The notes: generated by a model not told the origin, from the sequence alone. Positions 41,097 to 50,187 are shown, numbered from the stretch's first letter. The stretch is 64,000 nucleotides of DNA from Hyphomonadaceae bacterium (GCA_050250735.1 JBFWOC010000002.1:56614-120613), one strand, 5' to 3'. Translations and numbers: made by a program.

Positions 41097-41570
41097 ATGG
41101 AAAAAATCCCAATGACCGCCGAGGGTTATGCAGCCCTCGACGCAGAGCTAAAGCGTCTCAAGACCGAAGAGCGCCCCGCCGTGATCGCCGCGATCGCGGA
41201 GGCGCGGTCGCACGGCGACCTGTCGGAAAACGCCGAATACCATGCGGCGAAGGAACGCCAGGCCTTCATCGAAGGCCGGCTGGCCGAACTCGAGGACAAA
41301 ATCGCCCGCGCCCAGGTCATCGATGTCTCGAAGCTCTCGGGCAAACAGGTGAAATTCGGCGCGACCGTGAACCTTCTCGATGAGGATTCAGGGGCAAAGG
41401 CCAAATACAAGATCGTCGGCGAAGACGAGTCCGACGTCAAAGGCGGCAAGATTTCGATCACTTCCCCGATCGCCCGCGCGCTGATCGGCAAGGAGGAAGG
41501 CGACGTTGTCGAGGTCATGGCCCCAGGCGGCGCCAAGTCCTACGAGATCACCAAGGTGAAGTATCTCTAG
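41097..41570 (+). CDS. greA: transcription elongation factor GreA
   Basis: 157 aa. [46 protein letters not shown]. Confidence 0.95.
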   Translation: MEKIPMTAEGYAALDAELKRLKTEERPAVIAAIAEARSHGDLSENAEYHAAKERQAFIEGRLAELEDKIARAQVIDVSKLSGKQVKFGATVNLLDEDSGAKAKYKIVGEDESDVKGGKISITSPIARALIGKEEGDVVEVMAPGGAKSYEITKVKYL

Positions 41571-41571
41571 A

Positions 41572-41725
41572 CTCCCCCTCCTTTTGAGAGGAGGGGGTCG
41601 GGGGGTGGGGTGAACCTCCGCGCTTTCAGAAATCCAGATCGGACCGTTTCGTTGGCTTCGCGCGCGCCCGTTGGCGCCGGCGCTCCAACCCACCCCCTGC
41701 CCCCTCCCTTCGAAGGGAGGGGGAG
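41572..41725. repeat. MITE-like palindromic intergenic element (two ~40-bp inverted arms, each with its own GC hairpin)
   Basis: The left arm 41572-41612 carries the hairpin ccccctcc/ggaggggg. The right arm 41686-41725 carries ccccctccc/gggaggggg. The reverse complement of the right arm aligns with the left arm. The element spans from 1 nt after the greA stop to the first candidate start of the next gene. Confidence 0.65.
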
Positions 41726-42739
41726 TTGAGAAGCGCCGGCTATCAGCCCGCAGAGCCGCTGACCGTATGGGCCGTCACAGACGGACGCGCGGGCATCGAG
41801 GCGCAGGCTGTCGGCTTGGCGGAAGCCATTGCCCGGCGCGCCCCGATCTCGCTCACCATCAAGCGTGTGCGGCTGAGGACGCCCTGGAGTTGGATGCCAG
41901 CCGCCCTGGTGCCCGCACCGCGTAACGCGACCACAATCGGGTCCGATCCGATCGATCCGCCCTGGCCGGACCTCTTCATCGGCTGCGGGCGTGCGTCGAT
42001 CCCGTTCGCGATCGGCGTGCGCGAATGGTCGAACGGAAGAACGCTGGTCGTGCAATTGCAGGATCCGCGCGTTAATCCGCGCGAATTCGACCTGGTCGTG
42101 CCGCCGCTGCACGACGGTCTGGAAGGCCAGAACGTCGTCCCCATTGTCGGCGCCTGCAACCGCATATCGCCGGACCGCATCGAACGCGCGGCCGATGAAT
42201 ACACTTCGGTCGACCTCGGCGAGCTTCCCGCGCCGCGGTTCGTCGTGCTGATCGGCGGCAAATCGAAGCGGCAGGACATTTCCCAGGGACGTGCGCGCGA
42301 GATCGCCGACTCGCTTGTCGCCGTGCAGCGCGAGACCGGCGGTTCGCTGCTGGTGACGCTGTCGCGCCGCACCGGCGATGCGGCGCGCGTGGCGTTGCGG
42401 ACTTGGCTCGCGCCGCACTGCGCGATCTTCTACGAAAATGACGGCGCCAATCCTTATCCCGCCATGCTCAGCGTCGCCGACCATATCTTCGTCACCGCCG
42501 ACAGCGTCAACATGGCGACTGAAGCCGCGGCGACCGCAAAGCCGGTGCATATTCTCGCCGTCGACGGCAGCTCAGGAAAATTGGAGCGCTTTCACCAGAG
42601 CCTTGCCCGGCGCGGCTGCGCCCGGCGTTTCAACGGCCGGCTTGAAACCTGGTCCTACCCGCCCTTGCTGGAAACCGATCGCGTCGCTGCTGCGGTGCTG
42701 ACCGCATGGGCGGCCAGGCGAAACGGCAAAGCAGGTTGA
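41726..42739 (+). CDS. ELM1/DUF1022 family protein (putative glycosyltransferase-like)
   Basis: 337 aa. VWAVTDGRAGIEAQAVGLAEAI and RFVVLIGG fit my memory of DUF1022. The TTG start at 41726 is uncertain. Confidence 0.65.
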   Translation: MRSAGYQPAEPLTVWAVTDGRAGIEAQAVGLAEAIARRAPISLTIKRVRLRTPWSWMPAALVPAPRNATTIGSDPIDPPWPDLFIGCGRASIPFAIGVREWSNGRTLVVQLQDPRVNPREFDLVVPPLHDGLEGQNVVPIVGACNRISPDRIERAADEYTSVDLGELPAPRFVVLIGGKSKRQDISQGRAREIADSLVAVQRETGGSLLVTLSRRTGDAARVALRTWLAPHCAIFYENDGANPYPAMLSVADHIFVTADSVNMATEAAATAKPVHILAVDGSSGKLERFHQSLARRGCARRFNGRLETWSYPPLLETDRVAAAVLTAWAARRNGKAG

Positions 42740-42758
42740 TGTCCGCGCGCCCGCCGGA

Positions 42759-43148
42759 TCAGGCGATCAATTTCGTCAGCGCCGCGCGAAGTTCGGCGTC
42801 GCTGTAGGGTTTCACCAGAACCGGCGCGCTTGCGAGTTCGGGGGGCGCGCCCTTTACCTGGTCGTAGCCAGTGCAAAACGCCACCGGCACACCCTGTCCG
42901 AGCAGCACCATGCCAAGACCGACGCTCGATTGACCGGCGAGATTGGCGTCCAATAGCGCGGCGTCCGGGCGTTCGCGTGTGATCAAAGCTTCCGCCTCCG
43001 CAATGGTATGCGCTGGGCCGAGAACGGCGTGCCCCAGATCGGCCAGCCGCTCGCCCAGCTCCATCGCAATCAGGGCGTCATCCTCGACGACCAGAATCTT
43101 ACGCAAGGCTAGTCTCGCCCGTTTCTCGACCTGTCCACACCGCAGCAT
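42759..43148 (-). CDS. single-domain response regulator
   Basis: 129 aa. KILVVEDDALIAMEL..AALLDANL..FCTGY..VKPY are receiver-domain motifs. Confidence 0.85.
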   Translation of the reverse strand: MLRCGQVEKRARLALRKILVVEDDALIAMELGERLADLGHAVLGPAHTIAEAEALITRERPDAALLDANLAGQSSVGLGMVLLGQGVPVAFCTGYDQVKGAPPELASAPVLVKPYSDAELRAALTKLIA

Positions 43149-43283
43149 AGCTGTGGACAGACGCTAGGCAATTCCCGGCGCCACCCAAGCTTGCGGCCGC
43201 GATCAGTTACGCGGCGGCGCCGCTTTGAGGGCCGTGCCGGCGACGCCATATTGGGCGGACCCGAATCCCTGCAAGAGCCCAGA

Positions 43284-44270
43284 ATGAGCACCAACACCGC
43301 CCGTCACGCCCCCATCGTCATCATTGGTTCCGGACCGGCGGGCTACACCGCCGCCATCTACGCCGCGCGCGCTCTGCGCAAGCCGTTGCTGATCGCGGGT
43401 CTGCAGCCGGGCGGCCAGCTGACCATCACCACCGATGTCGAGAACTATCCGGGTTTCGCAGACACGATCCAGGGCCCGTGGCTGATGGAACAGATGCGTG
43501 CGCAAGCCAAACATGTCGGCGCCGAGATCGTCGAAGACATCATCGTCAAGGCGGAACTCGAGCAGCGCCCGTTCAAGCTCACCGGCGACAGCGGCCAGAT
43601 TTATCTCGCCGACGCCCTGATCATCGCGACCGGGGCACAAGCAAAATGGCTCGGCCTAGACAGCGAGCAGAAGTTCCAGGGTTTCGGCGTCAGCGCCTGT
43701 GCGACCTGCGACGGATTCTTCTATCGCGGCAAGGACGTCGCCGTGATCGGCGGCGGCAACAGCGCTGTCGAGGAAGCGCTTTATCTGGCGCACCTCGCCA
43801 GCAAGGTGACACTGATCCATCGCCGCGATTCGCTGCGCGCCGAGAAGGTGCTGCAGGAACGGCTGTTCAACCACCCCACGATCGAGGTGGTCTGGGATTC
43901 GGCGCTCGAAGAGATCCAGGGCGGCGAGAATCCCAAGGGCGTCACCGGCATCGTGATCAAGAATCTGAAGACCGGCGTGCGCGAAGAGCGCAAGCTCGAC
44001 GGCGTGTTCGTCGCCATCGGCCACGCGCCCGCAACCGAACTGTTCAAAGGCCAAGTGGCGATGAAGGATAACGGCTACATCATCGTGAAACCGGGCACGA
44101 CCGAAACCAACATTGCCGGCGTCTATGCCGCCGGCGATGTTGCCGACGATACGTATCGCCAAGCCGTAACAGCTGCGGGCCTCGGCTGCATGGCCGCGCT
44201 CGAAGCCGAGAAATATCTGGCGGCGCGCGAATCGGAGCGCACGCGCACGCCCGCCGGCGCCGCGGCCTAA
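43284..44270 (+). CDS. trxB: thioredoxin-disulfide reductase
   Basis: Track ORF 43191..44270; ATG at 43284. VIIGSGPAGYTAAIYAAR, the redox-active SACATCDGFF motif, and GGGNSAVEEALYL. Confidence 0.95.
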   Translation: MSTNTARHAPIVIIGSGPAGYTAAIYAARALRKPLLIAGLQPGGQLTITTDVENYPGFADTIQGPWLMEQMRAQAKHVGAEIVEDIIVKAELEQRPFKLTGDSGQIYLADALIIATGAQAKWLGLDSEQKFQGFGVSACATCDGFFYRGKDVAVIGGGNSAVEEALYLAHLASKVTLIHRRDSLRAEKVLQERLFNHPTIEVVWDSALEEIQGGENPKGVTGIVIKNLKTGVREERKLDGVFVAIGHAPATELFKGQVAMKDNGYIIVKPGTTETNIAGVYAAGDVADDTYRQAVTAAGLGCMAALEAEKYLAARESERTRTPAGAAA

Positions 44271-46027
44271 GGACTGACGGCCGGCAGAATGTATTCTGGA
44301 ATATAGACACGCTGCGCAGTCAGCGCGGCGCGATGCCCGTAGTCGCCGGAATAGAAGCCAATGACGAGGTCGAGCTCCGGCACGGCCATGACAATCTGCC
44401 CGCCATTGCCAGCTGCATAGATCGCCCGCACTTCGCCGCCGCGATAGGGCATTTGCTGCGACCACCAATAATAACCGTAGCCTCGCTCCTGCAGCTCGAC
44501 GAGCGGCGCCGTCATGCGTTGGGCGTACGCGCGATCGAGCACGCGCCGTCCGTTCCAGACGCCGCCATCGAGCACAAGCTGGCCCATCTTCATGAAGTCG
44601 CGCAATTCGAATTGCGCGCCGCCGCCCAGGTACCAATCGCCGGTCGGGGTGAGATTGAGAAAATAGCGGTCGATCTGCAGCGGCGCTGCGACCTCGTCGG
44701 CGAACACCTCCGGCAGCCAGCGGCCGGTCTCGTGCGAAATCACGGCGCCCGTGAGCATCGGGTTCATGCTGCAATAGACGGCCCGTTCGCCAGGCTGGCG
44801 CGCCATCGGCACGGCGAGCGCGAAGCGCCACCAATTTCGCTCATTGCGCTGCTCTTGCATCGCATCTTCGTTGCCGGGCGAATTGCTGTCGTCGTCGTCG
44901 CAATCGAAGCCGGGGCTCATCGTCAGCAGGTGCTCGACCTGCATCGCCGCGAGCCTCGGATCCACCGCCGCCGGCAGCAGCGCCGGATCGATGCTCTCGA
45001 CGACCCGGCTTTGCGGCGAGAACGTCGCGCCGTTGCGGATCGCCGCGCCGGCCAGGATCGCGCCCATGCTCTTCGAGGCCGATCGCGTGTCGTGCGGGCT
45101 GTGGCGGCCATATCCGTGGAAATATTCTTCGAGCACGAGCCGGCCGTGTCGCGCGATCAGAATCGCATGCACCTGCGGGGTGGCCAGCCCGGTCTGGGGT
45201 TCGCGTGCGATGTTCTCGACAAGCGCGCTAATCCGCTCGCGATCGATGCCCACGTCTTCGAGTGCGCCTGTACGCCATCCGTCGTCGAGCGCGGGCGGCG
45301 GCGCATAGATATAGGCCGCCGGCGCGGCGCCGCGCGGATAGAAGCTGCGCTCGTCTTCGGGCGAGGCGCGCGCGAAATCCATGGTGACGCCGAACTGCGG
45401 GAAATGAAACGGAATGAGATCGTTGTTGTGATCGTAAGTCGCTTCCGCGAACACCTGTTCCTCACCGCGCCCGCGAAAACGCCCGATCATGAGCAGACGA
45501 TCGCCGCGGCGTTCGATGCGGTCGATCTGCTGGAACACGCCGATATTGCGTTCGGGATTGCGCAGGTAAGCGCGCGCGACGCCACTCTCGTCGCTGCGCA
45601 CCAGCAAGAACATCGTCATCGCATCATTGAGCGGCGCGACTTCCCCGAGCCAAGAACTGCCGCGCAGCCGCGCAAGCGTCACCGGCGAGGCGAGCTGCAT
45701 GCCGCCGGACATCGTCCGCGGCTGAATCCAATGGCCGGCGATGGTGCGTTGGCCGCGCGCGAAGCGGCCCCGAAAGGCGCCGGCGTCATTCGGCAATTCA
45801 AACAGGATCTCTCCGGCGATCTCGCGCGCCTCAATCTGGCGACCAGCGATCTCTGCGACTAAACGCTGCCCCCGCCGTTCGATCAGCAACGGACCGCGGA
45901 CATCCGGTCCGTAACGCGTGTGCGCGGCCCACAGGCCATCGATGTTTGGCGCTTCTTGGGGCGTCTGTGCCGCGGCCGGCGCGGTGGCGAGAGCAAACGC
46001 GCACGCCAGATGTCTCATCCACTTCAT
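44267..46027 (-). CDS. secreted serine hydrolase, beta-lactamase/transpeptidase-like (class C-related)
   Basis: 586 aa. Signal peptide MKWMRHLACAFALATAPAAA. SASKSM is an SxxK motif. An N-terminal extra domain precedes the hydrolase fold. Confidence 0.7.
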   Translation of the reverse strand: MKWMRHLACAFALATAPAAAQTPQEAPNIDGLWAAHTRYGPDVRGPLLIERRGQRLVAEIAGRQIEAREIAGEILFELPNDAGAFRGRFARGQRTIAGHWIQPRTMSGGMQLASPVTLARLRGSSWLGEVAPLNDAMTMFLLVRSDESGVARAYLRNPERNIGVFQQIDRIERRGDRLLMIGRFRGRGEEQVFAEATYDHNNDLIPFHFPQFGVTMDFARASPEDERSFYPRGAAPAAYIYAPPPALDDGWRTGALEDVGIDRERISALVENIAREPQTGLATPQVHAILIARHGRLVLEEYFHGYGRHSPHDTRSASKSMGAILAGAAIRNGATFSPQSRVVESIDPALLPAAVDPRLAAMQVEHLLTMSPGFDCDDDDSNSPGNEDAMQEQRNERNWWRFALAVPMARQPGERAVYCSMNPMLTGAVISHETGRWLPEVFADEVAAPLQIDRYFLNLTPTGDWYLGGGAQFELRDFMKMGQLVLDGGVWNGRRVLDRAYAQRMTAPLVELQERGYGYYWWSQQMPYRGGEVRAIYAAGNGGQIVMAVPELDLVIGFYSGDYGHRAALTAQRVYIPEYILPAVSP

Positions 46028-46093
46028 CGTTTCCCCCGTCAGTCGCGGAATTACGCCCGCTTTGTTTCGTCAATGTTGCAAGAGCCGCCGCGG

Positions 46094-46750
46094 CTATGCG
46101 CGCCTGCTGCGCTGCCTCAGCCATGCCGCGATCGGCTCGCGCCCGCTTTCCAGATTGTGCTTGAGCGCTGCGCACGCCGCTTTGAGATCGCCGGACTTGA
46201 GCGCCGCCATGATGCGACCGTGATCGTCTGTCGCGACGGCGACATTCTTGCGTTCGCTCAATAACGCCAGTTCGTAACGGCGCGTGCGCATCATTGTGTT
46301 CTGAATGAGATCGAGAAGAATCGCGTTTGGACAATCCGCCAGCAACTCCATGTGCCAGCCGTCGTCGAGATCAATCGCGCGCACGCCTTTCGCGGCGCCA
46401 AGCTCGGCATTCCACTTCTCCAAGCGCGCGATGCGCTTTGGCGGCGGAATGCCGCCCAGGCGAAGCGCCTCCGGATCAAGTAGCGGCCGCAGCGCGTACA
46501 GCTGCTCGAACTCTTCGAGAGAGAGCGGGCGCACGAAATAGCCGAGCCGGGGGCGCGCGATCAGGGCGCCTTCCGCAACGAGCCCGCTCAGCGCCTCACG
46601 GAGCGGCGTGCGGCTGACGCCAAGTTGGCCAGCGAGGCGCACCTCGTTGATGCGGTCCCCCGCCCCGAGGCGGCCATCGACGATCATCGCCCGCACGGCG
46701 TCCGCCGCCGCCGCGCTGATATTGCCGCGCTGGGTTTCGCGTAACTGCAT
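46094..46750 (-). CDS. GntR family transcriptional regulator (FadR/FCD-type)
   Basis: Only the 3' 218 codons of track ORF 46094..47047 are used. ATG at 46750 gives MQLRETQRGN..INEVRLAGQLGVSRTPLREAL (winged HTH), followed by a helical C-terminal domain. Confidence 0.8.
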   Translation of the reverse strand: MQLRETQRGNISAAAADAVRAMIVDGRLGAGDRINEVRLAGQLGVSRTPLREALSGLVAEGALIARPRLGYFVRPLSLEEFEQLYALRPLLDPEALRLGGIPPPKRIARLEKWNAELGAAKGVRAIDLDDGWHMELLADCPNAILLDLIQNTMMRTRRYELALLSERKNVAVATDDHGRIMAALKSGDLKAACAALKHNLESGREPIAAWLRQRSRRA

Positions 46751-46752
46751 AC

Positions 46753-46760
46753 TGTATACA
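46753..46760. promoter_or_regulatory. short palindrome TGTATACA, GntR/FadR-type operator-like
   Basis: It sits 2 nt upstream of the GntR ATG and resembles the t.GT...AC.a core of FadR-subfamily operators. It is short, so it may occur by chance. Confidence 0.25.
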
Positions 46761-46796
46761 CTTATCGCAAAAAACGAGACAACGCAAGCTGTTCGG

Positions 46797-47825
46797 TCAG
46801 GCGCGCTTCTGCTCGGCCGACGGGGCGGGCGGGTTTTCGGGTTCGTCCTCTTCCGGTTCGGAGCGAAGCAGATCCTCGGCTGCGTCGTTGACCGTGGGCG
46901 TGGGAGGCGCCTGCACCGGGTGTGGCGCCGCGCGCAGATTGAGCGTCTCGAGCGCGTCGTCGCCCTCTTCGCCGAAGAAAGCGCGAAGCCGAACATCGTG
47001 CTGCGGATAAGGAATCTCGATGCCGGCGTTGCGCAGCGCATCGTCAATCGCCCAGGTGTAGGCGGCGTTCATCGCCTTCGGCCGCTTCACCGCTTCGAGC
47101 GTCGGCCACACGATCAACTCGAACTTCAGCGCGCTGTCGCCATAGCCGACCAACCAGACTTGCGTGCGATGCTTGTCGGTGTCGGGCAACGTAAACGGCA
47201 CGTCGCGCGCGGCAGCGAGCACGCATTCGCGCACCTTCTCCTTGTCGACGCCGAAGGCCACCTGAAACGGCACGTGAATGCGCCGGGTTTCACCTCGCCT
47301 AGTCCAATTGATCATGGTGTTTTCGATCAGCTTGGAATTGGGGATGAGCAGATAGACGTTGTCGTTGTTGCGCACGCGCGTAGCGCGCGGGCCGATCTCC
47401 TGCACGATGCCGCGGGTGCCGTCGGGCATTTCCACATAGTCGCCGATTTGCACGGCGCGGTCGAATACCAGTGTGAGGCCGGAAACGAATTCCTTGATGA
47501 TGCCCTGCAGGCCAAGACCGAGACCGATGCCGAGACCGCCGGCAAACACGGCGATGGAGGTGAGATCGATGCCCAGCGTGGAAAGCCCGGCGAACAGGCC
47601 GACCACAACCAGCCCATAGCTCAGCACCTTTTCGGAAATGTAGAGTGCGGCGTTTCCCGGCTCGGTGCGCATCCGCAGTCGCTTCAGCGCCGCGCCGATC
47701 AGCCAGGCCGCAGCCATGAACATGACCAGCAGGAACAGGGCGCCGCCGGCCCCGCCGACCGTGACTACCGAAGCGCCAAGGCGGAACAGAATGGCGTGGG
47801 AGAAATCCTGGAAGCCGTTGAGCAT
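46797..47825 (-). CDS. mechanosensitive ion channel family protein (MscS-like)
   Basis: 342 aa. TM helices are followed by GLGLGLQGIIKEFVSGLTLVFDRAVQIGDYV..G.VQEIG.R.T.VRN.DN and an acidic C-terminal tail. Confidence 0.85.
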   Translation of the reverse strand: MLNGFQDFSHAILFRLGASVVTVGGAGGALFLLVMFMAAAWLIGAALKRLRMRTEPGNAALYISEKVLSYGLVVVGLFAGLSTLGIDLTSIAVFAGGLGIGLGLGLQGIIKEFVSGLTLVFDRAVQIGDYVEMPDGTRGIVQEIGPRATRVRNNDNVYLLIPNSKLIENTMINWTRRGETRRIHVPFQVAFGVDKEKVRECVLAAARDVPFTLPDTDKHRTQVWLVGYGDSALKFELIVWPTLEAVKRPKAMNAAYTWAIDDALRNAGIEIPYPQHDVRLRAFFGEEGDDALETLNLRAAPHPVQAPPTPTVNDAAEDLLRSEPEEDEPENPPAPSAEQKRA

Positions 47826-47878
47826 TCGCGCGAATCCTTCGGGTCAGCGCCGTTCTCTATCGACCCGCCCGACGAGCT

Positions 47879-47892
47879 ATGCAATATTGCAT
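47879..47892. promoter_or_regulatory. perfect 14-bp palindrome ATGCAATATTGCAT, LysR-box-like
   Basis: It lies in the 110-bp divergent region between the MscS-like gene and the LysR-type regulator gene. Confidence 0.45.
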
Positions 47893-47935
47893 CGGCCAGA
47901 GACGCCAAATGGGCGCCTCCGGCGCGGGCGCGACG

Positions 47936-48826
47936 ATGGACTGGGACAAGCTCAAGACCTTTCACTTCGCCGCCGAGACCGGAAGCCTGACGGCCGCGGC
48001 CGAAAAGCTCGGCGTCAGCCAGTCCTCGGTCAGCCGCCAGATTGCTGCGCTTGAAAGCGACATGGGCGTGCCGCTGTTCCAGCGGCATGCACGCGGGCTG
48101 CTGCTGACCGGCCCAGGCATGGCGCTGCGCGAGTTCACCCGCGAAATGGCAGGCGCAGCGGTGATTGCGGAATCGACGCTGAAGGACGCGCGCGAGAAGG
48201 TGATCGGCGACTTGAAGGTGACGGCGCCGGTGGCGTTCGGTTCGACCTGGCTTGCGCCGCGGCTTGGCGCGTTCGCAGATCAATATCCCGAAACGCGGCT
48301 GCAGATACTGCTGGACGACCGCGAATACGATCTGCTGAAGCTCGAGGCCGAATGCGCTATCCGGCTCTGGGCCGCAACGCACGCCGATCTGATCCAGCGC
48401 AAACTGCTGGAGGTGCATGTCAGCCTCTATGCATCGGCCGCTTATCTGCAGCGCCACGGCACGCCCAAGAAAGTCGAAGACCTCGATGAGCACCGGATCA
48501 TCGCCTATCAGGCGGGCGTGCCTACGCCGATGCGCGAGATGGACTGGGCCCAGCGCGCCGGGCGCGAGGATGCAAAGCCCCGCCCGCCGCTGCTCGAGAT
48601 CAACAACGTCTACGGCATGCTGCGTGCGGTCGAGTCCGGCTTCGGCATCGCCAGCGTGCCCGATTACATGGCGCGCGAGAATCCGAACCTGGTGAAGGTG
48701 CTGCCTGAACTGAAAGGCCCGAGCTTCGAAGTGTATTTCATCTATCCCAGCGATCTGAAACGCTCGAAGCGCATTGCCGCCTTCCGCCAATTCCTGATCG
48801 ACCAGGCGTCGGATTGGGAGCCTTGA
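47936..48826 (+). CDS. LysR family transcriptional regulator
   Basis: Track ORF 47879..48826; ATG at 47936. MDWDKLKTFHFAAETGSLTAAAEKLGVSQSSVSRQIAALE is a LysR HTH. Confidence 0.9.
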   Translation: MDWDKLKTFHFAAETGSLTAAAEKLGVSQSSVSRQIAALESDMGVPLFQRHARGLLLTGPGMALREFTREMAGAAVIAESTLKDAREKVIGDLKVTAPVAFGSTWLAPRLGAFADQYPETRLQILLDDREYDLLKLEAECAIRLWAATHADLIQRKLLEVHVSLYASAAYLQRHGTPKKVEDLDEHRIIAYQAGVPTPMREMDWAQRAGREDAKPRPPLLEINNVYGMLRAVESGFGIASVPDYMARENPNLVKVLPELKGPSFEVYFIYPSDLKRSKRIAAFRQFLIDQASDWEP

Positions 48827-48827
48827 G

Positions 48828-49264
48828 CAGGTGTCAGGACTCAGGTGTCAGGTGTCATGAGCGAGCTCCGCGGCGCGCCTTCGGTTTGGGACATGATTGT
48901 GTTCCAAAAGGCGTATGCGACAGCTCTCGAAACACACCGTATCGCTCTGACGTTTCCGAAGCATGAGCAATATGAACTCGCCAGCCAGCTTCGGAGGTCC
49001 AGCAAATCCATTTGCGCAAATCTCGCCGAAGGCCGCGCAAGACAACAAGGCTCAAACGCCGAGTTTCGACGCTTCGTTTTGATTGCGCTCGGGAGCGCCG
49101 ACGAGTCGGCGCTTTGGTGCAAGTTCGCGCGAGACCTGGGTTATCTTACTGAGGACCAACACGCGCAACTTACAGGGCAATTTAGCGAAATCGCCAAGAT
49201 GCTGAACAGCCTAGTCTCGAAGCTGAACGCATCCTGACACCTGACACCTGATACCCGACACCTG
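48828..49264 (+). mobile_element. heptamer-array-bounded cassette carrying one four-helix-bundle ORF
   Basis: Left array 48828-48855: CAGGTGT CAGGACT CAGGTGT CAGGTGT. Right array 49237-49264: ACACCTG ACACCTG ATACCCG ACACCTG. The right array is the reverse complement of the left at 25/28 positions. A hand count of the first 120 nt of the ORF gives 64 G+C (53%), lower than the surroundings. Confidence 0.6.
48857..49237 (+). CDS. four-helix-bundle protein (TIGR02436 / 23S rRNA intervening-sequence protein family, Avd-like)
   Basis: 126 aa from the ATG at 48857 (track ORF 48845..49237). FPKHEQYELASQLRRSSKSICANLAEGRAR..EFRRFVLIALGSADES..W is the hallmark pattern of this family. Confidence 0.8.
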   Translation: MSELRGAPSVWDMIVFQKAYATALETHRIALTFPKHEQYELASQLRRSSKSICANLAEGRARQQGSNAEFRRFVLIALGSADESALWCKFARDLGYLTEDQHAQLTGQFSEIAKMLNSLVSKLNAS

Positions 49265-50164
49265 TTAGAGCTGCCCCGCCGGCACGTTGAACGTATCGCA
49301 CTGGCGGGCGTCGCCGGAATTGAAGCCGCGCCTGAACCAAGTCACGCGTTGGGCGCTGGTGCCATGGGTGAATTGGGCCTCGTTGCTTTGGCCGAGCGTG
49401 TCATCGCCGATCGCATGCGCAGCGTTGAGCGCCTCACGCAGATCGGCGTCGTCGATCGCCAACGTCGACCGCGCGGTGTGACCCCATACGCCGGCGAGGC
49501 AATCGGCCTGCAGCTCGACGCGCACCGAGGTCTGGTTGCGGGACTCGCCCTGAACCTGAATTTGCGTCGCCCCGATCAGGTTCTGCACGTGGTGGCCGAC
49601 TTCGTGCGCGATGACATAAGCCTGAGCGAAATCACCCGGCGCGCGCAGGCGGCTCTCCATCACCTGGTAGAAACTCGGATCAACGTAGAGCTTGCGATCG
49701 CCCGGGCAGTAGAACGGGCCGACTTCCGCCGAGGCGCTGCCGCAGCCCTCGGTCGCCACGCCGCCGGAGTACACAACGAGCGTCGGATTCTGATACGCGC
49801 CCGTTTGTTGGCCGTAGTTCGGCAGCCGTCCTTGCGAGAATTGCGTTGCCCACACGTCTTCCGTGGAGCCGAGCACGGCGCGAGAGAAATCGCATGCCTG
49901 CGCGTTGCTTTCGCACACGCTGCCTTCGCCTTGCGACTGCGCCTGACCCGGCACGCCGCCCAGCAATGCGCCGAAGACCATGTCCTTGATGCCAGGCGGT
50001 GCGAAGAAATAGATGCCCGCAAGCACGACGACGACGATCAGAATGCCGCGCAACCCGATGCGCCGGAGAATGGCGAACAATGCGCCGGCAGGCAGTCCGC
50101 CGCCGCCGCCGCCACGGCCGCGATCTTCGAAATTGTCGGAACGTCGCTGGCCTTCGGTACGCAT
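49265..50164 (-). CDS. neutral zinc metallopeptidase, YpfJ-like
   Basis: 299 aa. RRSDNFEDRRG is followed by a Gly run and a TM helix. FAQAYVIAHEVGHHVQN contains the HExxH motif. Confidence 0.85.
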   Translation of the reverse strand: MRTEGQRRSDNFEDRGRGGGGGGLPAGALFAILRRIGLRGILIVVVVLAGIYFFAPPGIKDMVFGALLGGVPGQAQSQGEGSVCESNAQACDFSRAVLGSTEDVWATQFSQGRLPNYGQQTGAYQNPTLVVYSGGVATEGCGSASAEVGPFYCPGDRKLYVDPSFYQVMESRLRAPGDFAQAYVIAHEVGHHVQNLIGATQIQVQGESRNQTSVRVELQADCLAGVWGHTARSTLAIDDADLREALNAAHAIGDDTLGQSNEAQFTHGTSAQRVTWFRRGFNSGDARQCDTFNVPAGQL

Positions 50165-50187
50165 GGCGTCTCCCCTTTTCGGCGAGA

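Noticed and set aside
46608-47990. 460-aa plus-strand ORF spanning the GntR, MscS and LysR region
   Set aside because: It crosses three well-supported genes and an intergenic region and shows no motifs. It is an artefact of stop-codon scarcity.
48828-49264. Heptamer arrays as a CRISPR array
   Set aside because: The units are contiguous 7-mers with no spacers. They occur as two short inverted blocks, not a direct-repeat/spacer series, and no cas genes are present.
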